Assembly (NCBI GenBank): GCA_051941275.1
Contig: JAVEBF010000005.1
Coordinates: 1 to 64,000 of the forward strand
Origin: Dirinaria sp. TL-2023a
Lineage: Eukaryota
Direction: 5' to 3'
DNA length: 64,000 nt
Position numbers and translations under genes: made by a program. Each line of letters begins with the position of its first letter. The stretch's first letter is position 1. The notes below the pieces were generated by a model. The model did not search any database. It had not been told where the DNA came from and was given only the letters and a program-made list of their open reading frames with translations. Of the stretch, positions 55,373 to 64,000 are shown one piece after another.

Positions 55373-55467
55373 AGCCCTGACGAAGAACAGCCCTGACGAA
55401 GAACAGCTTTGACGAAGAACAGCCCAACGGGCTCTAAAAAGCCCTGACGAATCATGACGAGCCCTAG
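55373..55467. repeat. Tandem 16-bp repeat AGCCCTGACGAAGAAC (3 copies plus degenerate copies)
   Basis: Copies at 55373, 55389 and 55405 (AGCTTTGACGAAGAAC), with a partial copy at 55440. Confidence 0.85.
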
Positions 55468-55688
55468 TGAAGTGGTTTTCCTTTTGGCAGCAGCATTGAA
55501 ATAGATCGCCAATGAAAAGTTACTGGTTCAAGGTTCCTTTACTAGGCAGTCTTCAGGAAGTTTAAAGAGGAGAATAAGAGAGAAAGGCTGAAGAAAAAGT
55601 CGAAGGAATTGGGGAACCAGCAGTGTATCTTTTCAGCACATGGTATGCTAGAAACAAGCAGCAACAAGAGAAGGCTATGCTAATTTGC

Positions 55689-56405
55689 CTAGGTAAAGGT
55701 TCGACAAGGATACCTGGATGAGACTGTCAGCTACGACCCTACAGCCTGCGAATTCCATATGAACTTACTCTGGCGGGAATCCTTCATACCCATCCTCATC
55801 CATAACATACTTCCGTCCCCCTTCCGGCTTCGAAGGGTTCATACCGGTAGGGAAAGGTGGCATCCCGTTCGGCCCAAAGATACTTGACACGCTCTTCTTG
55901 TCCTTTTCAAAAAGTGCTGAAAGTCCTTTTTGTTCTCCTTCCTGCTTCACCTGCACCAGCTGCTTTGCTCCCGCGTCCCCAATTTGCAGTATGTCTTCCC
56001 TGGGCTTCTCTGCACTACCTACAGACAGTAACCCTACTACATCTGCTTGCTTTACTACGCTTAGCCGAGGATAGGAACGTCGAATATCTCGTCTATAATA
56101 AGGATTCTCTGCGATATCTCCAGACGGTACCGTCACTGGGTCGTCGTATGCCTCAGGAGGATTAGCACCGGGTGGCGGATTTCGATATTGAGGATTGAGA
56201 GGTACGCCGGAAGAGCGGTCTGGGTCAACAGCAAGTACTCTTCTTATCCGATCCCAGATGCCAGTCGAGCGTACAGTGTATTTCTAATCTGGCTTCAGCA
56301 TCGGCCCTAATAATTCATTGTAGTATCCATTACCTTCATATAAGACGTCGCCTTCGTAGCCGAGGCAAGCTGCTTCGAAACCCCAGCAGCAGCATTGGTA
56401 GCCAT
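55689..56405 (-). CDS. NADH:ubiquinone oxidoreductase 21.3 kDa accessory subunit (NUZM/nuo-21.3a type)
   Basis: KYTVRSTGIWDRIRRVLAVDPDRSSGVPLNPQYRNPPPG...DIAENPYYRRDIRRSYP...YPCRTFT*. Two introns. Confidence 0.88.
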
Positions 56406-57184
56406 GGTGTTGACTGGGGTCTCAGTCCTTTGAAAGCCTGATCTGGCGCAGAACCCTGATGTATAGCTGACTCCTCGCGCCGCGGCGGAGCAATATCTGG
56501 GTCGAGGCTGCCTAGGTAGAGATATAGTCAACGAGAAGGAACCTAATTAGAGATGAGCCAGCTCTTTGACTCCAAGTAATGTTAGATGTTGCTCAGTGAC
56601 GGTTACTTCCTGAAGCATGCGGTTACATTGCTTTAAGAATAGGACGAATATCTTAAAGTCACGACCGTAAGTCGAAAAGTCACCCAAAACACCTTCTCCG
56701 GTACGAGGAAAATCGAGCACGGTAAGAGTATAGAGTCGATTTTGGGCATCTCAACGGTGTGCTCCGTTTCTCTTTCCGACGAGTTTGCAGGGCGTAATAC
56801 CTACACACAATGCTGAAGGTATTGCTCAGTCGTGGCCTTGGCAATGCTCACCACATACATGATCCTACCAATCATGTAAAGCCATTGTCTGGTCATGGCT
56901 CTATAGTATAATCTGAACAAAAAGCTACGCTACCAATGAGTGACGTTGAGAGGACGGAATATTTCACTATATTATGATATGTGCTCAATGTGATAAAGAG
57001 CCGTCTTTCATCTCATGTCTTCGAGGCTATCTCGAGCATTGAAATTGTTTTGCTGCAGTATTTAAAAGTATGCCTTCAATGATTCTTGTCATAGCGCCTT
57101 TTCGAAACGTACGCCGTAAGGTAGCCTTGATCGCAGCGTACCTTACAGAGACGAGTTCTCGGCCACATGATCACTCAAACTTTT

Positions 57185-58156
57185 CTAGGCTGGCGTTGGC
57201 GTGGCAGCAGCAGGAGTGCCACCAGCAGGCGTGCCATCAAGCTTCTTCGCTGTATCGGCTACTTGGGCTGCAACTTCGGCTGGGGCTGTAGACTCCCTTG
57301 CCCCTGCCCCATTTGAAGAGGCAGGCTCCTCCACAGCCGGCGCAGGCGGTTGCGCTTGCTCCACTTCCTGAGCGCTCGTCTTGCCCTCTTCGACCTCCTT
57401 TTCTACCTCGGAACCCTCCACACCAGTGCTCACACCCTCCATTGGTACATCTGCGGGAGCAGCTGCCTCTACACCAACAATCTTTTTCACAACTTCCACA
57501 GTAGCCGCTGGTCCCTGTGACCACAATTAGTCCTTTTATTTCGGGTCATAGACAATTGAACATGGTGCCCACCCCCGCTTCAGCAGCTAGCACCTTTCCC
57601 TCCTTGTCAACGATGAATACTCCCCTCGTTGTTCCCTTCGGAGGCTTTTTCATGCCAATAACCCCGATCAGACTGGCTGCAGGATCGCACAGCAGCGTAT
57701 ACGGCAAATTTTGCTTGGTTTTGAACGTGGTGTTCGACTTGGGCGAGTCGCTTGACAAGCCGTATATCGCGAAACCCGTAGCGGTCAAGGGGCTATAGGA
57801 GTCGCGAAAGAGACAAGCTTGAGTGGTACCTGAAGCATCATATTCAGTACGGTTTGACAGAGATACTTGTTGTCGCGGAACGCACATCCGGGCGTGGAAG
57901 CTTTAGGATACGTGAAAATTACGACTCCCTTCTCACTCTTGTCCACCAGCTCTTTCAATGTCGTCTTCTCGCCATCCTGCGTTTCAATTTCGCCTCCAAA
58001 ACCTTCTAAAGTGATAACATCGCCCACGGCGAGTTTGGCATTAACGGAAACGGAGCCATTGGTTTTCGACGACGTGGATGACTTGACCGAGTTCGACTTC
58101 TTGGGCGGCGGAGGTTGCGCAGCGGGCGCCTCTTTACGTTTGCGGAGTTCAACCAT
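57185..58156 (-). CDS. DOT5: BCP/PrxQ-type peroxiredoxin, probably nuclear
   Basis: FTYPKASTPGC|TTQACLFRD (peroxidatic Cys and CxxxxC), LLCDP and RGVFIVDK. N-terminal LRKRK looks like an NLS. Confidence 0.88.
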
Positions 58157-58706
58157 TTTTCATGTATTCCTTGCTTATGGGTGCATGAGAGATGAAGAGT
58201 GTATTACGAGGAAGGGTTTCGGGGGCGCTACATCTTTCAATTTGTGGCTGGAGTTGCTGTGAGGGGAAGTGGAGCGCGGCCGCAGATCTTGAGATCGGTA
58301 CAAATGAAGGGAGGTTGGTTCGTGGGGGGGGTCTCGTACAGATGCTTCCTACGTAAAATTAGGTAACTCGCTCGGAACCTTACCTTACCACACCCCCAGG
58401 TGCTTTATGCTTTCCTTTCAAAATTTGTTCAATTATGAAGCCAAGTATTGACTGTTCCCTGAAAATGGCGATTGGGTTCGTTCTCGTCAACGGACTGTCC
58501 GATTATGCTACAGGATAAGGTAGTCCATTAATATTGCGGGCCGACTGTGGTGCCCCTGCTGGAGCAAAACATACTTATGCATGTAGATATCAACCTCTGG
58601 TCCTCCGTTTTTATGTACATGTAGCGCCGATGATTGTCGATGCGAGAATTTCAAAGTGAAGAGCGATATCTGCTCTAAGAAAAAAATTCTGTACACAAGA
58701 AATAGC

Positions 58707-60860
58707 CTAGTCATCGCTACTAGTTTCTAATGTTGTAGCCGGTTTAGGCAAGGTAGGAGCAAACTTTGACCTCCCCCGGATCTTATGCCCATATCTATAG
58801 AAGACGATCGGTATCGGTACCAACACAGCAGCAACACAACCAAGTAGCGTCCCAGACCAATTGACGCCAATCGCCTTGAACATGTACATCGAAAACAGCG
58901 GAAAGACCGCCCCTGCAATTGAACGCAGAAAGGTGTTGGCTGCAATGGCAGAAGCAGCACTGATAAAGGGATTAGCCAAGATAATCAATCACAGTGTGTC
59001 CGGAGGTAGATGACGTACAACATGAGATAGGCATCCACCAAGTAGTTGAGAGCTTGCAGGAAAATAGCCAGCAAGCCGAACCCAGTGAACAAACCAGACA
59101 GCGTTGGCACAATCCACTGCCACACGTTAGCTTCGTTTCTTTCCACGATATGACAGGCTGGAGCCATACATGTACGTCAGCCTTGTATCCAGACCATCCA
59201 AACCAGAACAAACCACAGGTGAACGCCACGCCACCCATGATCACTGGCGGAAGACGCCACTCAGGTACCGGAATGCCGTTGTTCGCTTCCAGCTTTCGAT
59301 TGTACCCTGGCTGGGTGAAGACGATAAAGACACCTGCCAGCAACATGCCAAGGATCATGCCAAAGTAAGGCAGGCCACCGACCCCGGGGTTCATGTGATG
59401 GACCTGCTGGAAAACTATCGGGTAGGCCGTCAAAAATAGATAAAGCAAGCCGTAGATGAATGCCATGTAGATGCTGAGCAGAAGTACGATCGGTTCCGTG
59501 ACAAGAAGTCGAAGAGGTCGGCTAAAATTTTTGGTGACCAATTCTCGGAAATCGACTTCGATTTCTTCTTGTTTGGCATGAATGCCCCAATTTTTAGTCC
59601 TCCGACGGAGTTCTGCAGCTTTCTCAACTAACACAACGGGTGGATATGTCTCTTCCAAAAAGATCAGGTCGAGCCCAAAAGCAAGGAAGCCCATAAGCGC
59701 CACGATGTATTCAGTCCACCGCCATCCCATGTTTGGATTCATGACTATGAAGCCTCCAATGAAGGGCGCTAAGTTAGGCCCAGTGAATACTGTCATCGAG
59801 AAAACTGTGATCGCAAGTCCTCGAGTACGATTGTCAAACATCTGATGCCCGGTCAATGAGCTTAAATGCAGAATCGGCATGGAAGTGTTAACTTACGTCC
59901 GAAAATACAGCAGCAACGACAGCAAGCGGACAAGACCCAAATACGCCACCAAAGAATCGGCAAATCAATACGGTCTGTAGATCCTTGCCGACTGCGACGG
60001 CGATCTGGAAGATGGAAAAGCCAAACATAGCGACGACCAAGGGCAGTCTTCTCCCTCGCAGCTCAGATAAAGGCGCCCACCTCCATGTCGACAAAGTCAG
60101 CACTTCTTTTCGGTTAAACTTCTACCTTTTGTGGATTGTGATTCGCGAACGCCAATCCAGGTCTCTGCCCCACATTCCTTCGAATTTTCATCGGCGAGAG
60201 GGTCAAAGAAAAATGAGAGCTTACAGTATAGGGCCCGTTGCGAAACCAAGCACGTATAACGAGAGGCCGAGGAGGCCAACCTCGGTACCTACCCCAAAGA
60301 AAAGCGAAATTTGGGTTGTGGCGGCAGAGAAGATACTGCTAGCGAATGCGGACACCAGAGTCGTGTAACCCAATATGAATGCGAGGAAAACCCTACATCG
60401 TCGCTTAGCCGCAGATTTGAGTCAGTTCTAAGAAAGCGCCTCGGTACTTTTTCTTCATTGACCAATTCTGAGGATGCAATGGATCATGCGGGCCGTCAAA
60501 CTCCACCACGTATTCTTCCATGGCAGGAAGAGGTGGTGGATATGGCTTTCCCGCTCCAAAATTAGGTAAAGGCTTCCTCGACTCCCGCGAAGTAGGACTT
60601 CTTCCGACTGTGGTGCTGTGCTGAGTTCGTTGCGTCTCGATTCGGCTGAGAGCAGTAGGATGCCTCTCAAGGTCGCGTGTTGTGTTCACCCTTGACATAC
60701 CCATCTCTTCGCGTACTATTGCTGAAGACGAGGACGATGATGAGCCGGACGAAGCCGTCTCGATTCTTTGGATGTTGCCTTCTTCATCTTTCGCTTCAGG
60801 AAACCTGGTTGGGCTCGCCTCAGTCTCCGCCTTCTCGACGTCGCGGTCGACAATGTCCAT
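58707..60860 (-). CDS. MFS drug:H+ antiporter, DHA1 family (Tpo1/Flu1-like)
   Basis: [47 protein letters not shown] and NYLVDAYL. Five introns. Confidence 0.9.
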
Positions 60861-62249
60861 ACTGCCGATGGAGTCGATTGCGCGAGATAAGAGACCAGAA
60901 TGATGGATCGGGATTTAAGAGATCAATTTTCTGGAGGCGGGGTGGGAGGATCATAAATAAAGTATTGACTTTGATAAAGTGGCGGCGGCTTGGCAATAGC
61001 GGGATACCTCTAGCTGTACGGACTACGGAGTACTGTAATCCTCCTTCGCTCCTTAGCGCTCCTGCTAAGGTACTCGCTGAACGGCTGAACTGAACTCTAC
61101 CTTCCCTTATCTCCACATGTGTTTGAAAGTCGGATTGTGCGTCCCTACCTAGGTACTCCGTACTTCCGTGCCTTCCTTCGTGTGCTTTATGGCGCCAAAC
61201 AGTCTAATTCAGGCGTACCTTTGGGAAGCTGCTTGCGTGTTGTCGCCCACATGGCTTTAGATTTAGACTAAGCGAAACATGGAGATTGGAGAGCCGGGTT
61301 GGGAGTTTCGCGATACTCATATGGCAGTGAGGTAATTCCTTTGAGGACCTATGTAATGAATAATGAAGCTTTTATTGGCTGCTGACTCATGACGCCAGCC
61401 GCTTACTACTCCCTTAGAATTGAAGTCTAGCAAATAAGGTAAGGTACCTTAGTACAGTAGTAGGGATGTATTATTAATGATCCAGTGTTCTCAAATCTCA
61501 ACCCATGTAAGGGCCTACCTACGGTACTTGCAGAGAAAAGCTTTGCTACTGCTGGCACCGGCTCATGCAAGTCATCCACTCGCTAATTGTCGCCCATGCT
61601 CACAGAGCCTTACTGCGAGACATGGCTCTCATTGTCGGCATGACATCACACATGGTATTTTTGTAGAGACATACCTAAATGAATTCTTAAACTTTCAACC
61701 AAATATCGGCACCTCGAGAGATTATGGATACTTGACTGGCCGCTTAAGGAAGCGTATTAACCTTCAATGAAGCAACGGTGGATGGGGAAGTAGTCAAATG
61801 TATATAGGTGTCATTATGAAGCACTGGGCACATAAATTTGTATGCTAATAGCTTGCAATTACATGCTTGAGCGTACACTCTCTAAATCACAGCAATCTCC
61901 ATGCGTGCACGCACACCATTCAAGCCTCCTCAGCCAACCCGTCTGTCTTTTCTCTTCCACTTTCTCGGCTAGCATCGCCAGCGAGCCCACAACTTACCGC
62001 CCCCTCAACAATCTTTTCTCTGTCCAGAGTGGGCAGCAGGTGGTGGTCCCAAACAGAGGCCACTCACAGTGTATCCTGGCCCACCTTGAACGCCCTCGCT
62101 AATGCCGCGGGTATTATGATGCCGCTAAATCCATTACAGATAAAGAAAAGGCTACTGCATGCGTAGTTAAGAGCGCGCCTTTCAACTGCCACTCCTGCCG
62201 ATCCATACCACGACGAAGCTCCACAGTTACCACAGCGAGTGATGTGCTT

Positions 62250-64000
62250 TTACTTCGCCTCTTCGCTGTGCTCGACCGGAACGTTCGGCGCTGCATGATG
62301 CATGGGCTGATGGTGGTGTTGATGCTGTGCATGTGGAGGTTGTCCGTAGCTTGGGATGCGGTGTGGTTGTTGAGGGGGATAATGGTACTGTGGTTGAGGA
62401 CTCTGCGCGTAATGGGGCTGTGGAGAACCATATGCTCGCATGGGCATCACTAGAAGGCGGTTAGTTACGCTATTAAACCTACAGAGGGCATTTCATTTGA
62501 CTAACTATGAGGAGGTTGCTGTTGAGCATAGACAGGTTGACCATATTGACTGGGAGTCATATACATGGGTTGTTGACCTTGATGAGACCCCTGATGTGCC
62601 ATCATGGGAGCTCCTCTGCCAGGGCTAGGATACCCACTAGGTGGTTGCGACTGGCCGTACGAAGGGCCTTGGCCAGGAGGGTACATTGGTAGTTGCGGAT
62701 TGAAGGGAACTGCCATTGAGTGTGGTGGGCCCACGAAGCCACCCTGAGAGGATTGTTGCACCATCATTGGGGCAGCTATTTGAGGCCCTTGTGTAGGAAC
62801 CAGCTGCTGGCCCCCTGGAAATTGCCGGAAGTGAGCTGGTTGCGGCCCACTCGGAGCCATAACATACTGTGGCACTGGCTGACCGAAAGCTAATTGCGCT
62901 GGTTGTTGCATAGGAGACGGATATGCCATTGCATTGTTTTGCATCCTTGGTGAAGGATATACCGAAGGATTCGAGGTTGAGAGGTGCGCTCGGTGATCAT
63001 CATAGGGATGCTGTCCGTGCTGATAATGCTGAGCCTGCGTTTGAACAGAGAATGGCGCTTGATGAGGCGGAGCGTGGAGCTGAGGTGTTCCGTGTGACGG
63101 CTGCTGAAGGTGTTGGGGCAATTGGTGCTGATGTGGCACTGTCTGGCTGACTTGATGCACTGGCTGTGGCGAAACCTTTCCAGAAGCCGGGGCAGGCCCA
63201 TCGAAAATGTCTTTGTATGAGCGTTGATCGTTCTCGTCTTTGATCTCAGTCCATACAGGCGTGGTTGTGTAGGCGTACTTAATGCCACCGTTTGCGGAGT
63301 AGTCCTTTGCTTTGCCTTCTTCCTCCGCTCTCTCCTTTAGCCTCTTGATGGGATTGAAGTTTTGAAGGATGGAGGGGCGCTCTGTGGCTGGTAAAGGTTT
63401 GCGTTCCCCAAAGAAAGCCGTAGGTGTTGGTGCACGAGACGCGGGCCGTGCCCCCGGTGTGGAAGTCGGGCTGGAAATTGTACTCGGAGCGCCGACAGGT
63501 TTGAACGAATTCGCCGCTGGATTGGGCTTAAATTCCGCTGCTTTGATGTTGAATTTGGAAGAAACCGCAGAGGTAGGTGTGCGGACACTACTTGGTGTTT
63601 GTGAGGTTGAGATTGGGGCAACATTCGCGGTAGAGCGTGTAGATGACCTCGAACCTTGATTGATTGGCAATGGATGTGGCACAGAAATTTGCATTCCGGC
63701 CTTATGCTGCCGGTGGCTATCAGCTAGGCGATGGCTGAGGAGTCCCGAACCCGATTTGGGAGGAGTCAGCGGCGTGTTATGAAGCTGTGGTTGCCCGTCT
63801 CTCATGGGTAGAGAAGCCTGTGTACTCTGTGAAGGGTACGCATGGTGGGCCAACGGGTAATCCCGGCGGTCTCCAGGCTTTGCTACGTGCTGGGAGCTAT
63901 CACGGGGCCCCTCGGGCACCGCTTTAAGCGATTTTTGCTCCGAATCTGTAGGCGTGGGCTTCGAGACGGCGTTGGACGGCTTTTGTGCGTTTCTCTGTGC
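62250..64000 (-). CDS. PBP1: Ataxin-2/Pbp1 homolog, C-terminal part; 5' end lies outside the window
   Basis: PAM2 motif SKFNIKAAEFKPNP followed by a Q/P/M-rich low-complexity domain. Last intron near 62507-62450. Confidence 0.75.

Noticed and set aside
55373..55467. CRISPR-like array
   Set aside because: Eukaryotic context, and the repeats are directly adjacent with no unique spacers.

Overview
Gene-dense, intron-containing eukaryotic DNA from a filamentous ascomycete (GT-AG introns mostly 45-150 nt with CTRAC branch points; proteins look Pezizomycotina-like, and finer taxonomy cannot be fixed from this window). I reconstruct about 28 protein-coding loci, mostly housekeeping: a JLP2/CCDC25 homolog missed by the ORF track, ANP1, SPF45, PCS60, MSS116, ECM33, MAG1, QCR7, an NDT1-type carrier, an ABC1 kinase, YFH7, FOL3, SepH/Cdc15, a complex I subunit, DOT5, an MFS transporter and PBP1. 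I see no tRNA, rRNA, transposon or secondary-metabolite cluster. The main finding is a single-nucleotide exon (G at 423) between two complete introns that is needed to restore the conserved W-F-H motif of the JLP2/CCDC25 gene; a second AG-G-GT arrangement lies inside an amino-acid permease gene. Other points: two Trp-to-stop changes in that permease (pseudogene versus recoding), a TAAGGTA/TACCTTA motif clustered upstream of many genes, a spliced divergent bHLH factor, a Zip3/RNF212-like RING gene with a TGACG repeat array upstream, and an unexplained 319-codon open frame between two convergent genes. All gene models and family calls were made by eye, without database searches.
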